A stretch of 64,000 bases of DNA from an uncultured virus (IMG/VR IMGVR_UViG_3300033141_003443) (taxonomy: Duplodnaviria > Heunggongvirae > Uroviricota > Caudoviricetes), in the IMG/VR virus record IMGVR_UViG_3300033141_003443, positions 1-64,000 of that record; one strand, written 5' to 3'. This document shows, piece by piece, positions 1 to 8,520 of this stretch. Under the pieces are notes generated by a model. That model made no database searches. It was not told the origin of the DNA and worked only from the letters and a program-made list of their open reading frames with translations. Made by a program: the position numbers and the translations under genes. Position 1 is the stretch's first letter. The number at the start of each line of letters is the position of its first letter.

Positions 1-2
1 TT

Positions 3-293
3 AGTTACCTTATTCATCAGCTTAAGGCTTTAAATAACTGCAATTTAGTGGGTTATGTACCCAAAGAGGCGATATATAATAATTATAATAAATATAAATA
101 TTTTATTCATATACCACAGCATTATGAGTCTTTTGGTCGGGCCGTTGGGGAGGCATATTTGTGCGGTTGTGAAATCATTGTAAATAAAAGGGTTGGAGCA
201 GTTTCTTATGATTGGGACTACCAAACTTTCAGGAAAAGGACTATGCACGCTCATTTTATTTTTTGGGAAAAGCTATCTAAAGCTTTGGATTAA
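3..293 (+). CDS. Glycosyltransferase (GT-B, GT4-like), C-terminal part; gene starts before the window
   Basis: Frame open from base 3; E-x7-E motif ESFGRAVGEAYLCG. Confidence 0.75.
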   Translation, partial: SYLIHQLKALNNCNLVGYVPKEAIYNNYNKYKYFIHIPQHYESFGRAVGEAYLCGCEIIVNKRVGAVSYDWDYQTFRKRTMHAHFIFWEKLSKALD

Positions 294-341
294 GTTGGTT
301 TCTATAAGGGTTTATTTGTATTTAATAATAGGGGGTGTCTA

Positions 342-788
342 ATGAAAGTGTTTCTTTATGGTAAATACACAATAGGGGATAAGATAATCCTATCACATTT
401 TCAGAGTATACTCAAGAATTGTGAATACTTGGGGGAAAAGGTTGACTTATCTCGAATCAATCCGGAACAAGAAAATCTTATTGTAGTATCCAATTCTAGT
501 CTATTTCATATAGATCAGGATAAGGTATTGGGATATATTAATAAGGATTTAACTAAGCCTTTAATGGTTGTTCGTAAAATCAAGACTTTTGGAACGGTTT
601 TTTTTGAACCGAATTTTCGGGTAGAAAAGATTACGACTAACAAGGGATATAATTTTGCAGGAATGTTATTTCTGCCGAAGAAATATTTAAAGGCGTTAAA
701 AACCGGGAAGAAAACCATATCGGAAATTTTTCGGACTGTACCTTACGAGGATTGGAGATTTTATATAATTAATTCTAAAAGGAAATAA
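342..788 (+). CDS. Degenerate sugar-phosphate nucleotidyltransferase-like protein
   Basis: FGTVFFEPNFRVEKI...NFAGMLFL resembles the C-terminal half of NTP-transferases; no N-terminal GxGxR loop. Confidence 0.4.
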   Translation: MKVFLYGKYTIGDKIILSHFQSILKNCEYLGEKVDLSRINPEQENLIVVSNSSLFHIDQDKVLGYINKDLTKPLMVVRKIKTFGTVFFEPNFRVEKITTNKGYNFAGMLFLPKKYLKALKTGKKTISEIFRTVPYEDWRFYIINSKRK

Positions 789-810
789 TAAGTATATCAA
801 AGGAGACATT

Positions 811-1029
811 ATGGAATTTTTAGCTTACCCTCAGTCTGTGCCTGTTGTCAATGATCATTATCAGGTTGTCACAAAATTAAATGATCAGTATGAAGTTGTT
901 GTGGGGCGTTATGACGTATCTGGTACTTGGTATAAGGTGGACGAGATTGCTGTAAATTTGGAGAGCGGTGGAAAGATTGTTGCGGCCTTTTTGCCAAAAC
1001 CTGAAGTACCCGAATGTGCAAAGATTTAA
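811..1029 (+). CDS. Hypothetical protein
   Basis: ORF with AAGGAG RBS. Confidence 0.6.
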   Translation: MEFLAYPQSVPVVNDHYQVVTKLNDQYEVVVGRYDVSGTWYKVDEIAVNLESGGKIVAAFLPKPEVPECAKI

Positions 1030-1060
1030 TTTGAGAAATTATATCCGCGGTGGCCCCGCA

Positions 1061-1082
1061 AAAATAGGCTGCGGCCTATTTT
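1061..1082. terminator. Possible bidirectional intrinsic terminator
   Basis: AAAATAGGC-TGCG-GCCTATTTT perfect 9-bp stem in an intergenic gap. Confidence 0.5.
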
Positions 1083-1119
1083 AAATAATATAAAATTATA
1101 AGAACACAGTGGAAATAAT

Positions 1120-2568
1120 ATGGATTACTTTACAAGTTCATTAGCTGGTGGCGGTGGTGTAGGGACAAAGGAAGATCCGTTTACATTAACGGAAGGACTT
1201 GCTTTTGCAAATGCTGGGTCTCTGCTGAATGATGAGACTCTATGGGTTAAGGGTGATGGTATTTATCCAATGTCTGATTTTGCCTTAATATCTCCCGGTT
1301 TTTATACTCCGGTACCATCTTTTAAAAACATAAAGGGTTATACTTCTGTTATAACCGATAATGGAAGAGCAACTATTCAAAGAAGTGGCGGAGCGGGTAT
1401 ATTATTTGATATACAAGCCAGTTATTGGAGAGTAGAAAATTTTAATATTGACGGACAAAATTTTGGAACAACCAATCTTGATCTTCAATCCGGAAACAAT
1501 GTTGGAAGGAACATAGTTTCTTATAATGCCGGCACTTATGGATTTGACAATGGGATATTATTTGACTGTTATTCACATGATAATGGTACTTACAATTACA
1601 ATGCCGCTAATTGTCATAATACTATAAGTAAGAATAGTGGATCGATTGGATATTACGGTTGTAATTTAACAAATTTTGCTTCCTATAATGACACTCAAGA
1701 TGCAGTAAGAGCTTTTAATGGTAGAAATATTATGAATGGTGTTATTGTTGGTGCTGGTGGGCATGGGATTGCTCAAGTGTATTATGGATGTGTTATTAAA
1801 AATATTTCTATTTCATATTGTGTGAATAATGCTTTAAACATTGATCGAGACGGAAGTATTATTGAAAATATGAATTTTTATAAGAATGGTGGAATTTCAA
1901 ATGAGATGGCTCAACTTGGAACTTATTATGAATTAGATCCACAATTCACAAACCCCGCTGTATTAGATTTTACTCGTACAGGGACAAATTTGGATGATAA
2001 AGGTTTTTCAACCATAGGAACTCTTGCGTTTAATTATAGAATAGATATAGGTATTGACCAAAAGAGATCCCCTGATTATCCGGATAATGGAGAAGTTCTT
2101 TCTACGGCTACGTTTGATTATGGTAATCGGACAGGTACGTATGTAGAGGTGGTGATAGGTAAAGTAGTCTCCGGGATTCAATATGGGGAAGATGGGACGG
2201 AGCATACTGGCGTTTACGTTGAAACCCCGGTTGGAAAAGTAATTTTAGGAATAGGCTTTGGTGCTAATGGTACAGAAAAAACTGGAACCTATGTTGAGGT
2301 AGCAATAGGTAAGGTTATTTCTGGGATTCAATATGGTGCGGATGGTACGCAGCATACCGGGGTTTATGTCGAGACCCCGGTTGGAAAAGTAATTTTAAGC
2401 ACTGGCTTTGGGGCAAATGGTACGGAAAAAGACGGCACGTATGTAGAGGTTGCGGAAGTTGACGCAAGAGATGGTACGTTTTACGGTGCCGGCGGGACGG
2501 AAAAAGAAGGTTCTTTAGACGCACCCAAGTCAGTTCAGGAAATCGCGATTGCTGTGGAGGTGGAGTAA
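1120..2568 (+). CDS. Virion protein with right-handed beta-helix (pectin-lyase-like) region and C-terminal 25-aa repeats
   Basis: GxGTxxDPF N-terminus, Asn/Gly-rich coils, repeated GKVxxGxxY/FGxxGTE. Confidence 0.65.
   Translation: MDYFTSSLAGGGGVGTKEDPFTLTEGLAFANAGSLLNDETLWVKGDGIYPMSDFALISPGFYTPVPSFKNIKGYTSVITDNGRATIQRSGGAGILFDIQASYWRVENFNIDGQNFGTTNLDLQSGNNVGRNIVSYNAGTYGFDNGILFDCYSHDNGTYNYNAANCHNTISKNSGSIGYYGCNLTNFASYNDTQDAVRAFNGRNIMNGVIVGAGGHGIAQVYYGCVIKNISISYCVNNALNIDRDGSIIENMNFYKNGGISNEMAQLGTYYELDPQFTNPAVLDFTRTGTNLDDKGFSTIGTLAFNYRIDIGIDQKRSPDYPDNGEVLSTATFDYGNRTGTYVEVVIGKVVSGIQYGEDGTEHTGVYVETPVGKVILGIGFGANGTEKTGTYVEVAIGKVISGIQYGADGTQHTGVYVETPVGKVILSTGFGANGTEKDGTYVEVAEVDARDGTFYGAGGTEKEGSLDAPKSVQEIAIAVEVE
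2131..2430 (+). repeat. Imperfect 150-bp tandem duplication (two 50-aa AB units)
   Basis: 2131-2280 and 2281-2430 encode near-identical peptides with many synonymous differences. Confidence 0.85.
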
Positions 2569-2906
2569 TGTCTATTACAATTAATAGCGTTGATACGCGT
2601 AGATTAACTCTGAAACAAAAAGAGGGCAAACGTTTAAAGTTTACCTATAATATTGCTGTCGATACAGCGACGTTTTCTCTTATCGTTAAAGATCGATCGG
2701 GGACGACGATTTTTACTAAGTCCGATTCAGATTTTGATAAAATTCTAATTGCGACCAAGATTGTAAAAGTTTATTTAACTGTGGCTGATCTGGATGTAGC
2801 CATAGACACCTATGTGATGGAGTTAAAAACGATATGGGATGCTGCGCTTAGTGTGGATAAGACTGAAAATATAAAGTTAAAGATTAAAGAAAGTCTTCAT
2901 TCTTAA
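2568..2906 (+). CDS. BppU-like/Ig-like small structural protein
   Basis: Beta-rich, VKVYLTVADL...TYVMELK pattern; context. Confidence 0.45.
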   Translation: MSITINSVDTRRLTLKQKEGKRLKFTYNIAVDTATFSLIVKDRSGTTIFTKSDSDFDKILIATKIVKVYLTVADLDVAIDTYVMELKTIWDAALSVDKTENIKLKIKESLHS

Positions 2907-2911
2907 GGAGG

Positions 2912-3499
2912 ATGATTATGATTTCTAAAGATACGATTGAAGAAATCCTTAGTATATCAGAAGATGGTATTTCGGATTCAGTTTATTTATGGGCCCAGAA
3001 AAGGTTTTTTATTTTAACTGAGCTTCGTGAGGCCGAGGTATCTAAGACTTTTAGGAAGTTTGTAAATACCACGACTGTTTATATAAAGTTACCCCATACA
3101 AACATTAAATCTATAGATACCCTAACGGTGGATAACGAGGCGCAAGATTTCACTTTATTTACTGATTTAAAGTTTAATCCAGGCACAGGGTTAGTGTCAT
3201 ATACCGGGGGCTTCGGTGGGGGTCAACTTGTAGAAGTGGCTTATACCTTAAAGAGTTATACGCATGAAGATATTCATGATTATCTTGTTTCTTTATTAGT
3301 AACTAAGGCTATATCTATTTTTACTCCGGATCAATTAAATCAGGTTCGTATGATTAAAATTGGAAAATTTCAAAAACAGTTTGGTTCCGCTTCAGCTAAT
3401 CTAAATGAATATATGAGAGTTTTAGATATGGAGATAGATAGGGCCATTGATTTGATTAATGATGATGACGGAAGTTTAACCATGGATATAGCAAACTAA
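2912..3499 (+). CDS. Head-tail connector/adaptor protein
   Basis: Size, IKLPHTNIKSI and VEVAYT motifs; position before the head-closure gene. Confidence 0.6.
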   Translation: MIMISKDTIEEILSISEDGISDSVYLWAQKRFFILTELREAEVSKTFRKFVNTTTVYIKLPHTNIKSIDTLTVDNEAQDFTLFTDLKFNPGTGLVSYTGGFGGGQLVEVAYTLKSYTHEDIHDYLVSLLVTKAISIFTPDQLNQVRMIKIGKFQKQFGSASANLNEYMRVLDMEIDRAIDLINDDDGSLTMDIAN

Positions 3500-3508
3500 G
3501 GATCAATT

Positions 3509-3637
3509 ATGCCCGACAACACCTTTCAACATAAATTAAAGTGTTCTAAGTGTGGAAAGCGAAAAGTTTATCTTGTCGTTATTAATGATGGCTTTGAATA
3601 TGTTTGTAAAGCCTGTGGGCATACTTGGAGGGCTTAA
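3509..3637 (+). CDS. 42-aa zinc-ribbon protein (absent from the ORF track)
   Basis: MPDNTFQHKLKCSKCGK...YVCKACGHTWRA; stop overlaps the next start (TAATG). Confidence 0.7.
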   Translation: MPDNTFQHKLKCSKCGKRKVYLVVINDGFEYVCKACGHTWRA

Positions 3638-3987
3638 TGTCAGATTCAGTTTTTAATTCTTTATTAACTCAGACCTGTGAAATTCAAAGAAGGGATCTTG
3701 ATGACTCTACTTTGGATAAGTGGGGAGCATCGGACGAAACTTTTGTGACTATTTCTTCTGGGGAGCCTTGTCTATTCCAGCAGTCAGAGGAATTGATTGA
3801 ATTTAGTCGGAGGGGAGAGAAGTTATTTACTCGTTTACTGGTTTTTATGAAACCGACGGCAGACATTACTGAAGACGATATTTTAGTCTTCGGAGCTAAA
3901 AAATATCGAGTAGTTGGGGTAGATGATGCCGGGGGGCAAGGCCACCACTTTGAAGTGGCGGTAATAAATTTGGAAAATTCGGGTTAA
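3637..3987 (+). CDS. Head-closure (stopper) protein
   Basis: LLTQTCEIQR...DKWG...DITEDD...YRVVGV...HHFEV pattern; ATG at 3637 is the likely start. Confidence 0.7.
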   Translation: MSDSVFNSLLTQTCEIQRRDLDDSTLDKWGASDETFVTISSGEPCLFQQSEELIEFSRRGEKLFTRLLVFMKPTADITEDDILVFGAKKYRVVGVDDAGGQGHHFEVAVINLENSG

Positions 3988-4050
3988 TTATGAAAAAGAA
4001 TTATTGTATAGATTGTCATAAAGAGAGACATTTTGTGGGGAGTTTTTAAT

Positions 4051-4581
4051 ATGGCTAGAGACTTCATGATAGATGACTCTCAGTTATCAAGGTATATAAC
4101 CCAGCTTACCCGTGTTCCTAGAATGGTTGGTACTAGAAGTGCAAGATGGGTAAGGCGGTTGACTAATTTTACCGAGAGGAAAATGAAATCGTTTTCTAAA
4201 TCGAAGAGTGATCGATCTACGGGTAATCTATCTTCGAGTATTTCTTCAAAATATAGTTTGACAAATAAATTTGTTCAGGGAACAGTGTATGTACCAGAAA
4301 GTGTAAAGTATCAGTTTGCTGCGGAATACGGTATTAAGCGCAATTTTATTATACAGGGTAATCCCAGAATGACTTTTCCTGTTGGGAGTTGGAAACGCGC
4401 AGGGGGCGGTGTTGTAGCTGTACCACACAGGGGTTATTTTGTTTTTACTCAGGTTAAGCGTGGAAAATATAAAGGAAGAAAATTTACACAAAGAGCTTTT
4501 GAAAGTTTGAAAAAACATTATGCCTCTAATGAGCGCAAAATACTTGATGATTTAGGAAAAGCAATTTTATTTGCGAGGTAA
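4051..4581 (+). CDS. Neck/tail-completion protein (HK97 gp10-like)
   Basis: TGNLSSSI...YQFAAEYG motifs; basic; synteny. Confidence 0.65.
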   Translation: MARDFMIDDSQLSRYITQLTRVPRMVGTRSARWVRRLTNFTERKMKSFSKSKSDRSTGNLSSSISSKYSLTNKFVQGTVYVPESVKYQFAAEYGIKRNFIIQGNPRMTFPVGSWKRAGGGVVAVPHRGYFVFTQVKRGKYKGRKFTQRAFESLKKHYASNERKILDDLGKAILFAR

Positions 4582-4583
4582 TT

Positions 4584-5012
4584 ATGAATATTATTGGTCA
4601 ACGTGTAATAGAATATTTAAAGGCAGATACAGTACTGGTAAACTTACTTGGTGATGCTCGGAATATTTATGCTCTGGGTTTAAACGAGATAGATAATCGA
4701 CCGAGTAAATATGTTTGCGTTGAATGTAGTCCCGGAGAGGACTTAAATAATATTCCGGCTCAAAAAGATGATTTTGATGTTGAGATTGGGGTTAGCCGAA
4801 AGATTGAAAACTCTTTTGCTGTGATTATGGTTGTTGTAAGTAGAGTGGATGATCTGTTAAATAAGGGAGAAACGGGTTTAACTTCGGGATCATGGAAGGT
4901 AATTCATATGACTCGCGTAGGTTCCCCAACCAAAGGGCCCTTAATTGATGATAAAAATAACGAATATTATTTTTCTTTGAAATATGAATACATCCTTGAC
5001 GAAAGCAGTTAG
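4584..5012 (+). CDS. Tail terminator protein
   Basis: YLKADTVLVNLLG...IY N-terminus typical of siphophage terminators; synteny. Confidence 0.6.
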   Translation: MNIIGQRVIEYLKADTVLVNLLGDARNIYALGLNEIDNRPSKYVCVECSPGEDLNNIPAQKDDFDVEIGVSRKIENSFAVIMVVVSRVDDLLNKGETGLTSGSWKVIHMTRVGSPTKGPLIDDKNNEYYFSLKYEYILDESS

Positions 5013-5065
5013 TTGTGGTAGAAAATTAGTTAAGTAAAGTGACCTACTAAAAAGGAGAGAGAATC

Positions 5066-5374
5066 ATGAGTGAAAAAATTTGTTTATCAAAGTCCACGGA
5101 ATATGAATTAAGAGGTGGAGTATGTATTAAGGTTTTTCCTGCCAGCTTAGAAACATTATCCCAATTAGATCCTAAACTCAAAAAATTAGATGAGGCGGCC
5201 ACAGGCACCGATCTAAAAGTACAGACAACTGTGTTTGTTGATGTTGTTTATGATTTAATTAAAGATGATAATGATATAAATAAGGCGGATTTAAAGAAAG
5301 CCCTAACGATTGAAGCTTGTACGAAAGTTATTGAGACAGCTATGGGATCATTGGGTTCTTTGTCCAGTAAATAG
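5066..5374 (+). CDS. Tail assembly chaperone 1 (putative)
   Basis: Size and position upstream of the tape measure. Confidence 0.5.
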   Translation: MSEKICLSKSTEYELRGGVCIKVFPASLETLSQLDPKLKKLDEAATGTDLKVQTTVFVDVVYDLIKDDNDINKADLKKALTIEACTKVIETAMGSLGSLSSK

Positions 5375-5382
5375 GTTATTCC

Positions 5383-5781
5383 ATGTCTAAAAATAATGAT
5401 AAATTGTTAGGACTTTTAGATACTTTAATGTCAGAGTATGGTTGGACGTTGGAATATTGCTTAAAGCTTCCCGGGGATGTTGTAACCGGTTTATATACAG
5501 CTATACAACTCCGTAAAGGTCGGGAGGCAAAGGTTTGGACTAAGCTTATTGGTGCTGCATGTGCGGCAGGTTTCGGTGGTAAATTAGACAAGCTTGATAA
5601 ACTCTTTGATGCCGAAACTGAAACGGATACTACAGTGGATAAGGCTGCATGGAAAGGTCAGGTTAAGGGCCTTTGGATGCGTATGCAAACTAAGGCAAAG
5701 AAGTCGACCCCTGAGGATTATAAAAGGTTAAATGAAGAGTTTGAACTAAAATGGAAAAATGGTGAGAATATCGAGTTTTAG
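5383..5781 (+). CDS. Tail assembly chaperone 2 (putative)
   Basis: LMSEYGWTLEYCLKLP motif typical of gpT-like chaperones; adjacent to the tape measure. Confidence 0.55.
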   Translation: MSKNNDKLLGLLDTLMSEYGWTLEYCLKLPGDVVTGLYTAIQLRKGREAKVWTKLIGAACAAGFGGKLDKLDKLFDAETETDTTVDKAAWKGQVKGLWMRMQTKAKKSTPEDYKRLNEEFELKWKNGENIEF

Positions 5782-5791
5782 GGTTTAAATT

Positions 5792-8119
5792 ATGGCACAG
5801 AAAAATTTACAAATTAATATTAGGGTTGGCTTGCAACAGGTACAGGCGGCTGTAGGATCTTTAAGTCGAAGGTTCAATCTCTTAAGGTCTTCTTTACGTG
5901 CTGTTTTTCGTACCGGTGTAGTTGCGGGATTTTTTACAGCCCTTCGTAGTGGGATGAATGTAATTAATAATCTTCAGAATATGATTAAATCTCTGGGGGC
6001 AGAATTTTTACAATTACGATTAAAGGCGACAGAAACCGCGGCCATTGTCACTAAGGGTGGTATGGGTTTTGCTGAGGCTTTTGCTGGGGCTTTAAGTATG
6101 TCCCGGGATTTGTCTACTCAAATCGGTTTTGCTGCTAAAGAGATTCAAGAGGGTATGGTAACGGCAGCAAGGTCTGGTTTACAATTGCAAGATTCTTTAC
6201 GTGTTACGGATGCTGCCATGCAGTTAGCTACGTCGCATGGAGAGCAGTTTCAAACCACGCTGAATAATTTAATTGGTGTTACTCGTGCTTTTGGTGTAGA
6301 GCTTTCTGAAATCCCGGTTTTTGCTGATGCGTTAACGACGGCTGTAACTGAATCAAATGTGAGTCTTTCTGGGTTATTTGAAGGTTTGAAAAATGTGGCT
6401 TCAATCGCTGCTACGGCTTTTGGAGAAACCCGAGAGACTATTGTGGACACGACTGCCGCTTTAATGACCTTGAACGATGCAGGTATTCAGGGATCTAAAG
6501 CTGGTGTGCGTTTACGTGCTGCGTTTCAGAAACTTTTAGGTGGAACGGCGAAGACTACTGCGGCTTTTACAAAATATGGGGTAAATTTATTTCAAGCGAG
6601 TGCGGAATCTCAAAGATTTTTACAGACTTTAACGAAGGGTCAGAGAGCCATGGCCGACTCAGAAGAGGCTTTAAATCGTTTAAAAAATAAACAATTTGAA
6701 CTAGCGATAGCTGGAAAAGAAAGTTCAGAGGAATTTACAAAAATACAGGGTGAAATTGAGGGTGTAACTGGAAAACTTTCGACATTAGAGGGTGGTTTGG
6801 ATAATGTGTTTAGACAGTTTACTCTGGCTGGTGGTAAATTAAAACCTTTTTCAGATATTTTGAGGGAGATTGGAGATAAGGCACCCCCTGAGGTTATTGG
6901 TCGGGCCTTTGGTATCCGTGGTGGAGAGGCTATTATGCGGTTGTTGAAGGATGTTAATAAATTTGAAAAGTTTAAAACATCTATTGAGGGTTATGTTGAG
7001 GCTTCTCAAAGAGGTCAAAGTATTACTACGGATATGTATACCAGATTTTTAGATACAGTTTTAGTTGGGTGGATGAGGATCAGAAATACTGCTATGGCTA
7101 TCTTAGGTGAAATTGCAGACGGGTTTTTTGGGGCGATTCAACCTTTAATTGGGCCGATTCAAGGGGTGTTGGATGATCTCTTTAGGGGTATCAAAGATAA
7201 TAGAGATTCTTTTAAGAAAATTTTTGAGGGGGTCATCGAGTTAGTTAAGCCCGCTATGGGGTTTTTACAGGCTTGGGCACAACAGTTTGGGAATGTTATA
7301 ACAGATGTGTTTACCCCGAATAAAACGGCTAAGATCCCATTCCTTAAAACACAAGAAGATGGTGGGTTAAGTTTGGGTACAGAGGAGGTTTCCGGATCTG
7401 TAGGAGATAAGGTAAGGGCACTTTTTAAATCGTTGGGTTCAGCGCTTGTTGAGCCTTTAGGGATGGCTTTACGAAGATTATCACCGGTATTTACTTTTTT
7501 AGCTCAAGTTTTTTCTGATGCTTTAGAGGCCGCTTTTAGGGCCAAGACAAAATTATGGGAAAGTATAGGGGTGTTAATTGCGGGGGCTATGGTTAAAGCT
7601 CTTGTTGTCGGTATAGCGAAAGAATTACCGTCTATTTTAAGAGGTGTTGGTGATTTAATTCAAAACTTAGGATTACCTAAAAGTTTTACTATTGGTAAAG
7701 GGTTTAGTAAAATGGAAATACCATTACCAACTAAACAGGGTTTTGAGATGGCAGCATCAACTTTAGAAGGTAGGGGAGGAGGGCCAAAAACCAAAAAAAC
7801 TGAGTCTTCTTCGAATAATTTTGGGACGTTTTTAGATAAACTTTTAGGCGCAGGAAAGGGGGCCGAAGAAACAGGCAAAAAGGTTGAGCAGGTGGGTAAA
7901 GCTTTCATAGATTTTGGAAATGGCCTTCAAGAAGTAAATTTGACTGCGTTGAATAAGAGTGGTAGTGAAATGTCGGAAATATTTACTGATGTTCAAAAAA
8001 GTTCTGAAAATTTTTTAAGGGCTACTGAAGCCAGTAATTCAAAAGCGGAAAAGGCTTTAGCGAATTCTGAAAGGGCATTAAGACGCGTTTTTCAAATGAA
8101 TTCGAAAGGAAAGAAATAA
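5792..8119 (+). CDS. Tail tape measure protein (TP901-like)
   Basis: Ala/Gly-rich helical protein; LNDAGIQGSKAGVRLRAA and GKLKPFSDIL motifs. Confidence 0.9.
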   Translation: MAQKNLQINIRVGLQQVQAAVGSLSRRFNLLRSSLRAVFRTGVVAGFFTALRSGMNVINNLQNMIKSLGAEFLQLRLKATETAAIVTKGGMGFAEAFAGALSMSRDLSTQIGFAAKEIQEGMVTAARSGLQLQDSLRVTDAAMQLATSHGEQFQTTLNNLIGVTRAFGVELSEIPVFADALTTAVTESNVSLSGLFEGLKNVASIAATAFGETRETIVDTTAALMTLNDAGIQGSKAGVRLRAAFQKLLGGTAKTTAAFTKYGVNLFQASAESQRFLQTLTKGQRAMADSEEALNRLKNKQFELAIAGKESSEEFTKIQGEIEGVTGKLSTLEGGLDNVFRQFTLAGGKLKPFSDILREIGDKAPPEVIGRAFGIRGGEAIMRLLKDVNKFEKFKTSIEGYVEASQRGQSITTDMYTRFLDTVLVGWMRIRNTAMAILGEIADGFFGAIQPLIGPIQGVLDDLFRGIKDNRDSFKKIFEGVIELVKPAMGFLQAWAQQFGNVITDVFTPNKTAKIPFLKTQEDGGLSLGTEEVSGSVGDKVRALFKSLGSALVEPLGMALRRLSPVFTFLAQVFSDALEAAFRAKTKLWESIGVLIAGAMVKALVVGIAKELPSILRGVGDLIQNLGLPKSFTIGKGFSKMEIPLPTKQGFEMAASTLEGRGGGPKTKKTESSSNNFGTFLDKLLGAGKGAEETGKKVEQVGKAFIDFGNGLQEVNLTALNKSGSEMSEIFTDVQKSSENFLRATEASNSKAEKALANSERALRRVFQMNSKGKK

Positions 8120-8505
8120 TGGGAGTTAACGCCCCAAAAAGGGTTTTATGGAAATCTATAGCACTTGGTGATTATGCCTTTGTTACTTTTGAGTATCAAG
8201 GAAATAATGAAGTAAGGATTATTCCGGAAGCAAAAGGCGTAAAAATCCGAGGCACAGATGAGCTTGGTGGGGGCTTCTTAACAGTTAATGTTCAGGTATT
8301 ACTCGCTAAAGACAGTCGGTTTGCTTTGGAACAATATTTTAATAATATGGATTCTATTTTCTCACTTACCGTAAAGGGGGATTTAGCTATTTCGGATGAA
8401 AATGGGTCAATGACTTTGACTGATTGTTATTTAGATAGTTTTAGTCAGGGCGGAGACGACCTAAAAGTGACAATGTTTAGTTTAAGATTTATAAAAAGTC
8501 TATAA
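8119..8505 (+). CDS. Distal tail protein-like
   Basis: Position after the tape measure; beta-rich. Confidence 0.4.
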   Translation: MGVNAPKRVLWKSIALGDYAFVTFEYQGNNEVRIIPEAKGVKIRGTDELGGGFLTVNVQVLLAKDSRFALEQYFNNMDSIFSLTVKGDLAISDENGSMTLTDCYLDSFSQGGDDLKVTMFSLRFIKSL

Positions 8506-8520
8506 GATTGAGGTTATACT

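Noticed and set aside
4997..5025. Plus-strand promoter TTGACG-17-TAGAAA before the tail chaperones
   Set aside because: The -10 lacks the conserved final T and the family signature; too weak to call.
5340..5385. Programmed -1 frameshift joining the two tail chaperones
   Set aside because: No XXXYYYZ slippery site, and the -1 frame has a TAA at 5368-5370; the second ORF has its own ATG.
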